The notes under the pieces were generated by a model. It worked only from the letters and a program-made list of their open reading frames with translations. It did not search any database and had not been told where the DNA came from. Position numbers and translations under genes: made by a program. From assembly GCA_000165425.1 (NCBI GenBank), contig CT868018.1, positions 199,204 to 263,203 on the forward strand: 64,000 nt of DNA, written 5' to 3'. The DNA is from Paramecium tetraurelia. Lineage: Eukaryota. This document shows positions 41,275 through 56,899 of the stretch, piece after piece; the first letter of the stretch is position 1, and the number at the start of each line of letters is the position of its first letter.

Positions 41275-42954
41275 TCAAAAGACTGGAAAATACTCTATGG
41301 TGTTACTGTAGCTTCTTTTTATCTTGACTTTATTGTGATCAGTCTAAACTGGCTTAACATGCTAACAATCCAAAGAGATAACTTCTTTTGCCATCATCAT
41401 TAAACAACATTTATACTATTAAGTTAAGAATTTATTCACCTCCTCTTACCTATCTGTAGGAAGCCTACAAGAAGATTAATAATTCACATCATCCTAATAA
41501 TTAATTATGCTGGAAGCTGGATTGTTGTTAATATTATTCTTCTGGGAAGGATTCTTTTTGTATACCTTAGAAGAGTTCAATACTTTCTCAAATTCAAAGA
41601 CACTAAACTACTACTGATCATCAGAAGTAGCAAATGATTAAAGATTATGTTGAATTTAATCTTTATGCTTTAGATAAAATTCCTTGTAAAATGAGAACTA
41701 TTAATAGATACTGGACCATTTTTCTTCATACATTTGATTGGATTTGATCAAGGTTTCATTTACATTTTACAATTCCATCATTTGAAGGTTCAACTCTGTT
41801 AATTATAAGTCCAGCTGTTAATTCAAGACTAACTGGGCATGATATTTATTTTTTGTTCTCAGTAATTCATCTTATAACCTAAATAATTGGATTGTAAAAT
41901 TACATATAAATTTTCTATTCAACTCCTTCATTTGCCAATTTATTGGCAAGTAACTACATCCTTTTGATATTGAATTATTATATTTGTTATGCCTTAGTTA
42001 AGTCTAGTTTAGGTATGTATTTTTCAGGTTCTTGTTTAAGATCTTTTGGTAACTGTGACTTTTATTGTCTTTTTACTTTCTGCGGCAATGTTGGAGAGAA
42101 AAGTGGAGAAAAGACTGCTGATTATTGCATATGCATCTTTTCATCTTATGAATCATCATCGAAAAATAATCTCTTTTACACTAGAAATTGAAATTGAATA
42201 CTTACATTAGACTAAATTATTAATGAATTTTGATGGATCTTCATTTTGACTAACTAGGTAAAATTAATTATAATAAATACAAAATGTTTTTGTTTGATTT
42301 CTAGGGGTGAATCTTTGGGTTCTCATTTTTAGAATTTCATTTGATAAACTAAAATTTAATTGTGCTAGATCATTTTTTTATTCAATTAATTCTTCTATTT
42401 GTAATTTCTATTTCAATAGCATCGAATTCATCTATTAAATTACATTATTAAAATTCAATGTCAATTGTTCTGGTTGAGCCAACTAAGGAAAAATAATTGT
42501 GATAACTACATGTTTTTCTAAATAAATCGTCCCCATCATTTCATTTGACATTTAGACCTATTCATTTAACTTCTTTTTTAATTCAGTGATTGTTTTGTTT
42601 AAACTATTAATCAATGAAGATTCTACTCTCTAGTTTGATTCATTGATTTGCTCAGAAATAAAGGCCTAGAAACGCATACAGTAATTAGTTTACTTTATCA
42701 AAAGCTAGATTTCTTTCATCGCTTAACTATTCTATTTTTTTCATTAAGACCACGTTTTCCTCTTAGACAAATTTAAGTAACACTAATGCAGCCTTACATT
42801 CTGAACTTTAGTCAAATTATGATGGATTATAGCAAATTTTTAATTATTCCTTATTCAATCGTATTAGATCTTTGGCATCTGAAAGTTGTTGTTTCATTGA
42901 ATCTAATTCATTCTAAAGGTACCTGCATTGAGTTTTCCATTTTTCAATTTCCAT
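41275..42954 (-). CDS. Hypothetical coiled-coil protein
   Basis: MEIEKWKTQCRYLQNEL... frame with four tiny introns; contains IPKLDLTKA; ends KRSYSNTIEYFPVF-TGA. Confidence 0.82.
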
Positions 42955-43038
42955 GTTTATAAATATAATTTAAATTAAATTTTTATATTTCAATTTTCAT
43001 TATTAATAATTGTTTGTTTTTATTCTCATTATCTTAAT

Positions 43039-46000
43039 ATGATTTCATCTTAAAATTTCGAAAGCGACCCTTATACACTAATTATAACTAAAAGATAAAT
43101 ATTTGGTTCTGAGAATGAATCTAATTTGCATAAAATAAATAAATAGCATTCTCTGATGAATTAAGAAGATAATTTAAGTCAAGAGAAGTAATAATTTCAT
43201 TATATGATTTTAGCAAACACTTGAATTTTATAGAGCTGATTTAATCAAGAAGTTCTATGATTCCAACAGTTAAAGTGGTATCACCTGAAAATGAATAGAT
43301 TTTGTAAAATGAGGATGGGTTTTATTTCTAATCTAGTTTGCATCTCAACGAGGGGTAAGATCATTGTGTTAATAGAGAGTTTGAATCCAACTTGGCAGAA
43401 GGGAGGATTGAAAATAATCAATTACGTTGCGAAGTTCATGTACCAACTGAAAACTAAAGCAGACAAACTAAAGATTAAGCTTATGAATTATGAGATATTT
43501 ATGAAATTAGGGGATAAAAGTGGTGATTTTTAAAATTTTAAGAAAGGCAATCAGAAATAAAAATTAAATAATTTAATTCATCTAATTTTTAATAAGATGA
43601 TTTTCTAAATTATTTAAATATGGAATTTAATCAGCCAAAGTTTAAATAAAATAGCCATTATCTATCCTGAAAGTACTTTCAAGATTATTTGGGATTCCGT
43701 TGTGGTATGTTTCATAGTTATTAACATATTTTTCATCCCTATGAGTTTGAGTTTTGAATTGGACAAATCTAGTTAAATATCCACCCTATTATTTGAAACT
43801 ATCCCCAGTTACATTTTTATTGTTGAAATCCTTCTGAACTTTAACACTGCTTATTATAGTTAAGGCATTATTCATACCAATAGGAGCCAAATCTTTTTCC
43901 ATTATTTATCTAATAATTTCATTTGGGATTTACTAATAGCAATACCATTTATTTTAGCCTAATTTAATATACCTTACATTCAATTTATTTTGCTATTGCG
44001 GATAGCACGAGTGAGATCTATGATATAAAATGTGGAAGATCTATTAAATGCCAAAGAAGAGGTTTAGGCTGTAATTGAATTAGGAAAACTCGTATACTTT
44101 TTAGTTTTAGTTGCTCATATGTGTAGTTGTGGATGGCATCTATTGGGTAGAATTGAGTATGAGGTTTATTAGGATGAAAATAGTTGGCTCATCTATTATG
44201 GTCATTATGATTAGTAGTGGTATGATAGATATATAGTCTCATTGTATTGGAGTGTTATAACAACATTGACAGTGGGCTACGGAGATATTGTACCGCAAAC
44301 TACAATTGAAAGACTGTATGTAGTTATAGTAGCTATGGTATTATGCGGAGTGTTTGGTTATATTATTTCCATGATCGGAGAAATCTTAAAGACTTTGGGA
44401 GAGAAGAAAGCTTTATTGAAAAGATCTATGAAAAAAGTCAACTAATACATCAAATAGAAGCAATTAAATATCTAATTATCACTTAAAATTAGAAAGTATT
44501 TTGAATTTAAACATCAAATCGATGAATAATTATAAGAGTAGGACGATTCTGTCTTAAATAAATTAAGTGGATCATTAAAATAGGAAGTACTGATTGATAT
44601 CTACAAACCAATTCTAATGAAATCGAAATTCCTAAAGGAGAATATCCCAGATTATCTAATAAATAATTTATGCTAAAGGATTAAACAGGCAACATTTGCC
44701 CCAGGGTTTGATATAGTCAATGTGTATGATCCAGCTACAAAGTTGATATTCATTTTAGATGGCCAAGTTAATAGTTACTTTATTTCTAAAGGATTTGATG
44801 CTTTATAGAGAAATGAAAAGGAAAGTAACTCTGGGATGATGCAACGCAATTATTAAAGAGGTGATATCATAGGAGAATTAGAATTTATTATCAATTCATC
44901 CTATCAATTTTACTTTAAGGCACAAACGGTTTTATCTATTGTATATATTGAAAGAAGTGACTTCTTATAAGTTATCTAAGAAAATGAAGAATGTAGATAA
45001 AAATTTCATCAATTAAGGGAAAAGTTAACCTATCAAAAAACGTATGGTAGAACTTGCGATGTTTGCAAATGGACTCATAGATATAAGGATTGTCCATTTG
45101 TATTCTATCAAACAAATATTTATAAAATAGCAAGAAATGCAAATATAAGTTAAAATCACTAAAGACTTAAATTTGATAGGCCGAGAGATACGAGAAAAAA
45201 ACAAACTAACAATGATCATTACAATATATTAAATTAAAGTATTGACTTTATTATAAATAATGGATACTTAAATGAAGAGTAAATATTTTTATAAAGTATT
45301 TTAGTTAATTAAATGAATCCTATCTCATTAAACTAGGATTTGATATCTAAGAAGGCTTTTATGAAAAATCTATATAATCTCAAGAGAGCTAGTCCTAAGA
45401 GTCTCATTAATAGGATAATCATTCTGTAGCCCAAAGGAAATGTTCATCTCAAATTGAAAAAGTGAGAGCAAGCTTAAAGAATTAAAAACTAAAATCAGGA
45501 TTAGGTTAAAATCAAAATTTGACTAGAAATTAAAATTTCGATGATGATTCAAATGGAACATAGTACAATCCGTATTTCTAACTCTAACGTAAGACTGAAA
45601 ATGAAATTCAAATTGAACCTAAAGAATCTTCCAATTCAAACCCATTTTCCAACCATCGTAATCTAACCAATAATACAATAAAGCAGAATCACAATCTCCA
45701 TTCTTAAGGAAATTTAAAATCTTCAGTTGCAAATCACATAGCAAGAACAGAAACTTCCATGGCCAAAAAGTCCCTTATAAGTTAATAAAAGCCCATTCAT
45801 CAATCTTTGAAAATAAACAACAATAATAATAATCTAGAAAATGATACTGAAAAGAGCCAATAGCAACATTAATTATAACCTGGTGGAACCATTTATTATA
45901 TTCCAGAACTAGAGTTTGATAAAATGAAAAATTATGACTTCTATTTTCCACAGTTTAATGTTGTGAATATTTTAGAGTCTTTGAAAAAATATCGCGTTAA

Positions 46001-46118
46001 TTAATTTAACGAGATCAAAAAGAAAAATATTAAGGAAAAATTAAAGTCAATCAGATAAAACAAAACTATGAGCAAATGCTTTAATTCATCATTCAGAAAT
46101 GTAGATGAAAGTACTTGA
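43039..46118 (+). CDS. Potassium channel, cyclic-nucleotide-binding-homology (EAG/CNG-like) family
   Basis: IYPESTFKIIWD, LNFNTAYY, an S4-like LLLRIARVR, the pore YWSVITTLTVGYGDI, a C-linker and a CNBD-like region; two introns. Confidence 0.95.
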
Positions 46119-46153
46119 CATTATTTCTCATTTAATGTGATTTATTATAATAT

Positions 46154-47984
46154 TCAGAAATCATTCAAAATCACCTGAATGTTCATTTCTAATAAAGTTA
46201 CAGGGTATTTCCAATCAAATCTTTCAAGTACTTCTGGGTGGACAACTCCCAAACCTCCTATCGTTTAATCTTTATAAACAATTTATGCTTATAATTAATG
46301 GAAGAATAAAGGATCTAAATTCAATCTAAATTTTACCATTTGATTATTTCAAGTGATAATCTGTCTTTTTGACTCTTAGTTTTATCATTAATTAATCTAA
46401 CAAACCGTGTAAAATCTCTAACTCCGTTTTTTTACTGCTTGAATGAATAGCAACCAAATTTCTTTAATTATGAGCTCCCACTTATCCTTCTCCTTTTTAG
46501 AATCCATCCTTCTCTGATTTCTATCCTTTCACACAAACATCTGAAACTTCAAATAATTTGATTGGCAATTTGCTATCTGAATTAGCTTATAAAGTGTGCA
46601 ATATTCCAGGAATGAGAGTTGATCTCACAGATTAAAATTATGGAGTTTTAGAATTGTTGAGAGACACGTAATTTTACAGGTTTGGTCTATTTAACATCTT
46701 AGTTTATTCATCAATTGACATTAACACGAAATTCAAACATTCTACAAAACCACATAAGGCCACTTCTTCTCTCACCATATCTGATAATTTATTTAATCTA
46801 TATTCTGATCCAGTTGTTGCAGTCTCTGGTACTCTAAACTCTATTTTATTGTAATCATAAGCAATTCCGATTTCTTCAGCAATATCGCATTATTAAAGGA
46901 TATCACTTCTATAGAATGGCACTAAACAATCCAAAACACTTTCATCTTTAGCGACAGCTTTTATACCCATTATTGACAACCGCTCACATGCTTATTGCGT
47001 TGCTTAAATTATTATTTTTTTATGTACTTATATGTATTCCTAAGACTTTATTAATATATTAAATATTTGTTGTTAAGATTCTTTCATCTACGACAGGTGT
47101 AACAACTTATTTCTTGCTTAATTCATAGACAATATTGACTTTTTCAATATTTAATTTTTGATTGTAAATAGCGAATCCACTAATCAAGCAATTTAACGTG
47201 TGTAAAGCCCGTTATTCATCTATTGCTGTGACTTCAATCAATATATTTTTAGTTTCTGCTGACATTTTTGAATGCTCTCCGTTAATAATTGGTGGCAATG
47301 AACATACTCTCTTTTTATTATCATAAATAACAGGGTAAACAGGAGAATTCTCGATTATCTTTAAATAACCCTTTAAGTATTAATCTTCCTATTATTGATA
47401 AGGAATATCATTACTCTTAATTTGCTAAATAAATCAATGCAATTCATAGATTCAGTTTATTTTAGCGCTTAGAATACAATATCTTAAGGTGGTTATGCAT
47501 CATAAAAGAAAGGTCCTTCTATCTTATCTAAATCATGAGTTCCTATGGAAACTAAAGTTCTTTTTCTAGCGTAATTTTGATGAATTTTATCTTGAAATGA
47601 TAAAAAGGATTTAAAACTATCTTCTGTTAGAGTAACATCTCTCAATATTGCTCCAACAACAAACGGTCTAATCTATTGTGTCTATAAACAATTGATAATA
47701 TAATTTACTGCAGCTTTCACATAAATTGTTTCTTTAGCAGGAGTAAAATTATAGACTCTTTATTTTTCCAATCCCTAATATACTCTTAATGCATGCACTA
47801 AATTTTCTATGCATAATAAATCAGGTCTATTGGCTGCAATTTCAAAATATAATATATCTGGTTCTTCCTCTCTTTCTTCAGCTTCTATACCGAATCTGAA
47901 AACTAACTCTTCCAATTCTTCTTCATTTAATTCCTATCCCAAAAGCTTAAAGAAAAGTTTTTTGTCAGATGATATTTTAGGCAT
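46154..47984 (-). CDS. FARSB: Phenylalanyl-tRNA synthetase beta subunit (cytosolic)
   Basis: EIAANRPDLLCIE, IRPFVVGAILR, FQDKIHQNYARKRTLVSIGTHD, SLPPIINGEHSK, RSDILQQCDIAEEIGIAYDYN, RSTLIPGIL and GVVHPEVL. Confidence 0.96.
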
Positions 47985-48480
47985 AATTAAAATTTTATAT
48001 ATTTTATGGCAAACTTTTCGATCGTAAAATTCAAATATTACTTTTCTCAATCAGTTGAATCATTCCTTAGACCGCTTGCTATTTCACTAAATTAATCCAT
48101 TAAGCTATTTAATTTCAATAGTTTGAACTATTTATTAATTACCATCATATTGCTATTTTAACTACAGCATTAATCTTTACTTCTTATATGCAAACTGTTT
48201 TTATCAATAACAAAACAAATATTATATCAGGTCGAGTTGAGCATTTAATCCAAATTAAAATATCAATATTATTTGTGTAGAAAAAGTATTGAACTTCTTG
48301 TTGAGAATTTAATAAGGCATAGATTAATAATAAAAATGACTAATTCTATATTTTATTTCGCCTTAAAGCATAGATATATATTTAAAGTCATAATTAACTA
48401 TATAATTTAAATATTTAATGAAATTAAGTTAAAAATTAATAAAATAAAACTAAAATTGATAACAAAATAATATGATTCTT

Positions 48481-50804
48481 TCAATGATATTGATTTTTTT
48501 ATTGTTGTTAGAATCTTAAATCATAATTTTTGCTTTTGATAAGCTACTAAGAGCTTGTACGCCTATGATCTGGAAATTCATTAATTTAAAAAGGAGCATT
48601 TTACACTTCCATAGGTTTTGGTTTTTAAGAATTATGTACTCCAATATTGTTTTATTAGAAGTTCTAAAATCCTCCATGAATCGAATAAGGTCCACCCATT
48701 CCAGAATAAATTTGGCTATTTTCTGTTTATTCTATCTAATTGCTCTGATTATTTGGTACTTCTTAGTTCCACGAATATTATTATTTTAAGGTTTGTTTAA
48801 ACTGAAGATTTTGGATTTCAGCCTCTAAACTCCTGATTCTAGATTCCATCTAAAATAATTGTTCCTAAAAATATTAAAATTCATATACCTTTTCCCTTGC
48901 TAAATCATTTTCTAATTAATTATTTTTTTCTTAAAGCATACTGTTTTATAAATGCAAGTTTTAAACTTCTCTATCTTTGGCATTGTTTTCAGAATCATAT
49001 TTCATTTAAATTGCATCAAATTCCCTTTATTTCAAATCATTTTAATTTTATGTCCTATGCAATTCATCCATTAAATTTTTCACTTCTTAATTTAATTGCT
49101 GCTTCTCTTGTTCTAACCTTCCTTGATTTTGTACGGCAATGTTGTTTTACTCCTACTATTATTATAAATCTACAATATAACTATTGACTTCTACCTCTTT
49201 CTAATTAATTACATTTCTTTTCATACAGTAACAGATCATCATGCATTTCTTTCATTTTCTATAATGTTATTGCTCTCTCATTTCTGAATTAGACTTCATT
49301 TTCTTAAGCACCTTTTAATTGGCTTTGCAGATGCACATATTCATTTTCTAATTGAAGTAATGCAACTTCTCTTTTCTTTATTTCTTATTCTAATGATAAT
49401 CCATAGTTTTTCCATCTATCAAGGGTTCCTTTTAAATCTGCAGATTATATTTGTGATTTAGATAAACTATCTTCAATCGATCTTTCAAGCTGATAACATT
49501 TATTTTGTAACATTTGGTTTTATGTATTTAATTGATTAACTTATTCTTTCATCTTCCACATATCCTATTCTTATGATTAACTTTTGAGAGCTAACTTTTG
49601 ATACTCATTCTTTCCTGTTTATATAGTCATTACATACTGGTCAATCTGTCTTTATTCTAAAATTTATATCAAAAATTACAGTCTGAAATTTATTATTGCA
49701 TCTATCTTAATTTATTTTCATTCTATAAATTTACATTCTATGCATTTTGTAGCTCTTTTTCTTTTTATTGAAGCTGGAGGATTTAATTTTTTAATTGATC
49801 ATTCTAAAAATTGAGGTTTTAGATATTTTTCTATAGATTATTTATCTAATCCTTGGATCCCTAATTTAGCTGATTGATTTTTTAAATTAACACTTAATTT
49901 TATTCTTATTGGTTTGTAAATTCTTTATTGATCATATCTAATGCTTATTTCATCTTTCGATTATCGTTTAAGAGCGAATCGTTTTTTTAACTTTGTGCAT
50001 CGTTATTTTATGTTAACTCTTTAAGCTGGGCCTTGAATTTCTCAATAGTATCTTTTTGTGTCTAAATCTCACTATCCTGAAATGAATTTTATCTTTTTTG
50101 TTCTTAAACCTGTTTATTAGCCATTGCAAGCTGCTACTCTAAATCAGAGATCTAAATTTCAAGTCCTTTATTTAGTTCCACTTGCTTTTTTAATTTTTAT
50201 AAATCTAAAAGCTGATATTGATCATCCTAAATTGTATTCATTAATCTCTTATTTTCATTTTTTAACTGAAACATTTGATCCCTAGAATATTTATATATAT
50301 CATACTATAATCCTTATATTTCCGTATTATTAATCTTATCCCTATTACTTAATTGAAGACTATTATACTCAGATTTTATACTTATCGTTTTTCAACTTTT
50401 AGTTATCTTACTCTAAGGTTCTCCACTAATATCTAATTACTGTTTGTAGCATACCTCAATGTTTCATTATCTTTCGTTAATCTTTGAATCTATTCTTCGT
50501 TTTCTTATTCTTTCATTGTTTATTACCCAATTAAAGGGTAATTGAATTGTGGATATTGTTAAACTTAAGGAATGTTTTAAGAATAACCATAACTAGATGG
50601 TATAAATTGCTTACTTATTTGTTTGCGAAGATCTTCTTGGAACAAACCTAAAGTTTAATCATAAATGGAATACTCATTGTTATCTATGTTTTTAACATTT
50701 TATCCATTTTATAAATTAGAAGTTCCTAATTATCGATTAGAACTTGGTTTGCTCCTTTCTTGATTTGAAATTTGAGCTTAAGAATTTGTTTCGAATTAGC
50801 TCAT
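48481..50804 (-). CDS. Hypothetical coiled-coil protein
   Basis: Q/E/K-rich heptad frame with several 22-27 nt introns, ending NQYH-TGA at 48481. Confidence 0.8.
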
Positions 50805-51182
50805 TTAGTACTTATAGAAATATTTTTTATAAACAAAATTACTTTAAGAATACTTTATGATATCATATAATTTTATTGTATTAACGTTAATATGAATAAA
50901 GAAATGGCTCGGCTCTTATAAATTAAAAGCATCTAATGCAATAATACAATTCATTTAATTTAATTATATTTCATTCTTAAGATTTATAATGATATTGACA
51001 ATCATAAAAACTCAATACAAAATGACATTCGATATAATTTTACAGTTATTAAAGTAAATGTAATTCATTAAAATAATAATCTCAAATCTTTATCGTTATC
51101 TATAAATTATTTTATACAACTGGAGCACAATTAAGAACTTCAATGCATTTCTATTTTGTTGTAATGTATAAATTATATAAAT

Positions 51183-52070
51183 TCAAAATACAGATTAAAA
51201 AAATATTTTATTTTAAGATTAGAGCTATTGTTCAATAGAAAGTCTTTTAGAGTTTATATTTAATTTGCTTATTAAGAAATTGCTTGAAAAATTTGATCTA
51301 CTCTATAATAAATTATTATTTTTAGTGTTATTAATTTTTAGTTTTAGCACTTCGATGAATTGATTTAAATCTTTCGGTGAATTATTTCCTAAAAGTTGAG
51401 GTTTACTGGATGATGTTTTTAATTACAATACTCGATCAATCTCTTTAAATGGCGAGGGAGATGCTTTGAATTTCTTATTAGAACTCAGTTCTTTATAATT
51501 TGAAAAATTTAACTTTTTCTAATACCTATTTGATTAAATCGAATTGTCCTGATCAAAAAACTCAAGTATTTAATAGTTCAATTCTGATACCTTATTAGCA
51601 ATTTCTTAAAACAAATGATATTGTTATTTTAAAGGCGATTATATAATTTGACAGTTAGAATGAGATTTGAGAAGCTCTTTATTTTTTTAAATTTCTTACA
51701 ACTGCAACCTCAGTTCATATTCTTGTTCTTATAAATAGCGATTTCCTTTGTCCGCAACTTTTTTCAGAGTCTCCTTAATAGATTACATTAATTATTCTTA
51801 GTAACGTTGCACATTTTTTTGGAATTGCTTATAGTCATCTCTCAAATTCAACAATCTCTTTATGATTGTTTATTCCTTAAATGATAAATAATCGATTTGT
51901 TCTTTTTAATCAAAATGATCTGCATAATTCAATTATTCTTTTTAGGGTGAGATAAATGTTGGTGATTAAGCTTTATGTATTTTTGTTTCTACTTGTCTAA
52001 GTAGTTCTTAAGAGTCAATAGATAATCTAGATTCATCTTTCGATTTTGAAAACTCAAAATATTTATCCAT
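51183..52070 (-). CDS. Hypothetical protein (295 aa, intronless)
   Basis: 888-nt ATG-to-TGA frame in code 6, starting MDKYFEFSKSKDESRLS. Confidence 0.78.
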
Positions 52071-52631
52071 ACTGTATTTATATAAAAAAATAATGAAAAA
52101 GTAGTAAATAAAATATTCATTACTCAAAATCCTACAATTAGCAAAAGCTATCTTAATGTACTTTTAAGAGTATTATAATTTCTTATTAATTATTTTACTC
52201 TATTTCATTTTCATTTAAAAAATAAGAACGTTATTCTCATTATTATATACTTTTAAGCTTTATTTCAGGATAAATATTATATGTTAAGTTCATATTAATA
52301 AAGAGCTTTGCTAGCAATTAAATAAAAAATATTTCTAAAAATAGATTGACTTTGTGAACATAATAATATTCTATTTTTTTGCATGTAAATATTGACTAGA
52401 AGGACCATAATAACTAATTATTGATGATGCAATATATAAACCAATACTTCAAAGGAGATTCTAAATTCTGAAATTCTGAATTAAGTATTCAAATATAAAA
52501 ATAATGATGGTTGAGCTATCGGAGATGAGTTATCGCTAAGAAGATCGTATATTGGTATTCTTTTGAAAATTTGATATATATTGGTTTGAGCGATGTTCAA
52601 ATGAATTAAATTCAAAAAATATAATAAATTA

Positions 52632-54286
<1,655 letters not shown>

Positions 54287-54387
54287 ATATTTGTGCTGTT
54301 ATCATTAATATTATATTAAAAATATTAAAATTTTATGGTAGAAGAAATTTCGAAATTTCAGATGAATAATTAGATATATGAATCAAA

Positions 54388-55536
54388 TCATTAACTCAAA
54401 TCAGAATCACCAGCAGCAACTCTCATAGCAATGTATTCTTTTAAGTCTCTCATGTTGGAGTTCAAATGTCCGATCAAGTCAGAAACAGTTTATCTGTCTC
54501 CATCTCTTGCGGTTCTTCTTTATTAGTATTCATAAGCAGCTTATTAGCATTCTGCTCTTCTGTCATCTCTTTATTAGGTCTTGGCTTCAAGTCTGGCAGC
54601 ATTGTCATCTTATGAGCTGTGAGTGGCAGCAAGTTGGTCGGCCAATGATTAGATTTCAGCTTCCAAATTAGCAATTGCAGAGTTAAGCTTGTTCATGTCT
54701 CTGTTCAAGAGGGTATTGTAGGCTTCATAAGCTTATCTTCTAGCATCTTCAGTCTTTCTGGCTAAATCGAAGGCTTAGTTCAATTAGTTTTATAAGTCAT
54801 CGATCAATTGGATGATTCTTCCTGTTAACTCTTAATTGGCATATTATTAAGATTTGGAAGCTAATGTAGCCATAAGTTTGATGGCTTTTCCGAAAGTTCT
54901 AATGTGTTTCATTTATCCGGCTTTGTGAGCAGCAGCATTTAAATGGGTAGCAACTTAAGCAAAGACTTATGGGGTATAGTGAACAGCTTCACTTGCTCCC
55001 TTTTATAAGAAAGCTGGGGCTTATAAATTGTCAGTGAAGAGTCTTCTAGCTTCAGCAAGAACACCTGAGACAAATGTGAATTCTTCTCTTTAAGCTTCAA
55101 AATCATCGTTTTATTCTTATCTCTTGGCTTAAGCTTCATCGATAACCTTTTAGAGGAGAGCCTTTTCAGCTAATTTGGCAACTCTTTATCCGACCTTTTA
55201 GTCATGGACTGGTTGGAGTTCATCGATTTTGGCTTATAATTCTGTGTCTCTTTATTCAAGATTGGCGATTTCTTAGTTAAGACCAGCAAGATCAGCATCA
55301 CAAACACCTTAGAAGGCTTTGTTTTCAGCATCATCTTCTCTTTAATCATTTTGATATCTCTCTTCCAAATCATAAAGTGTTGAGAAAATTCTTTCTAATG
55401 GTTCTCCTGTTTGCATTTGGATAGCAATTGTTTTCAACAATGTCTTTCCGAGTTTGGATTGTTCGAGTTTCTCAAAAGCAGCTAAATTAGTAGCGAAGGC
55501 TGTTGCAACCAAAACTAACAAAATTATGGATTTCAT
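54388..55536 (-). CDS. TMP: Trichocyst matrix protein precursor (T2-related), intronless, 382 aa
   Basis: Signal peptide MKSIILLVLVATAFA, pro-segment KLGKTLLKTIAIQMQT, acidic coiled-coil mature part GEPLERIF...C, internal AFLQK basic linker, and a second acidic half with Cys. Confidence 0.92.
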
Positions 55537-55988
55537 TTAATTATACTTTTCTTTTCTTTAACTTAGTGATTTTAAACCGCATATTAAAGGAAAAACGAAT
55601 TTCTCCTTTAAACTAACGTATTTAATAATTAGGAAATTAATAATTCCTTTGTTGAAGAGTTAATTAATAATATATTAAATTATATAACATATATTTAATG
55701 TAACTAATCTAAGCAACTTACCTCTAGTTGTTTCATAAAAACTTCAAACAACTATCTTATCTATTAAATAACCCATTCTAAAAGGATTTTCATTAATATG
55801 TTATTACTCTTCTCATTAGCACTTTATGCTTCTCATACTCTGCTAACTCTATTGGAACTGATATTTATGCACATTGGCATCTCGAAATTACTTTGATAAA
55901 TGAGAAAAATGAAAAATGTAATTATGTTATGAATTATTACGATTTTTCATTCATTTATTACTTTATAGTTTTAAATTAAAATTAAATA

Positions 55989-56010
55989 GCGCCGGTAAAG
56001 TGCGCGTAAA
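55989..56010. promoter_or_regulatory. CpG-rich motif pair just upstream of ATG 56038 (candidate cis-element)
   Basis: gcgccggtaaagtgcgcgtaaa sits in otherwise very AT-rich intergenic DNA, about 30 bp before the start codon. Confidence 0.4.
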
Positions 56011-56037
56011 ATAATTATTATTAAATTTCATCAAAAC

Positions 56038-56892
56038 ATGAGTTAATGCCCTATAGAGCATCATGATTAATAAAAAATCAAATATATCTGTATTGATCCA
56101 AAATGTACCCACGAATAAAAATTAGGTATAAAACTATTGATTTGATTTATTTTAGGCTGTGCTGATTGTTTTTTAGAAAATCATATTTCATAAAATCCAT
56201 AGAGTCATAGTCATACAAGAGTTCAAATATCGAAGTTTGAGGAGGATTTGAATTCAAAAATATTAAATGTAAGAAATCTTCAAATAGAACCAATCACTAA
56301 TGATTCTAGTTAATTTGATGAAGATTTTAATATATGCTTAAATTAAGTAGCATCAAAGCTCAATAATTTTAAAGATGAGCTAAAGAAAGAAATGAATAAT
56401 GATGTATTGAGTTTTGATGATCATGTTTATGAATTCAAAAACACAATCCAAAATTAAATTGATCCAATACTTCCATGTCAAAATTCTACTGTTTTTACTT
56501 GTACTCCAGAAGAATTATCAAAAGCTATTTCATTTTACTAGGATTCAGATTAATTATCTTAAGTCATCTAAAAATAAATTGATTAAATTGAAAACCATAG
56601 AGAAAAAGTTTAACAAAATAAATAAAAAATAACCTCTAAATTACAAAATGTAGTTGATTAAATGTTGAGATAATTAGACGAATATTAGGTCAAGAATTCT
56701 AATGGTGAGATTTAGGGAACTCCGGAAAAAGTCAATGTATCTTAGACAGCTATTTTCTTAAGTGCAAGTAGTACAACTCAATCCCCACCTATAAAGACAA
56801 TAATAGATGCTGCTAGATCGCGAAAAACTATTTTTCCCTAAACCTAATAATAGTAATAGTAATAAAAAAAAGGAATACGAAATAAAAATTGA
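56038..56892 (+). CDS. B-box-like zinc-finger + coiled-coil protein (274 aa)
   Basis: CPIEHH...ICIDPKC...GCADCFLENH...H; one 30-nt intron; the spliced length is a multiple of three. Confidence 0.85.
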
Positions 56893-56899
56893 AATTATA

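Noticed and set aside
51041..51062. TACAGTTA...TA resembling a retained IES end (similar motif near 14900)
   Set aside because: Shorter than the ~26 bp minimum IES size, with a poor inverted partner and no interrupted ORF; it cannot be tested without MIC reads.
52420..52480. TGATGA...CTGA pair suggesting a box C/D snoRNA
   Set aside because: Short, with no terminal stem or recognisable rRNA guide; such motifs are common by chance here.
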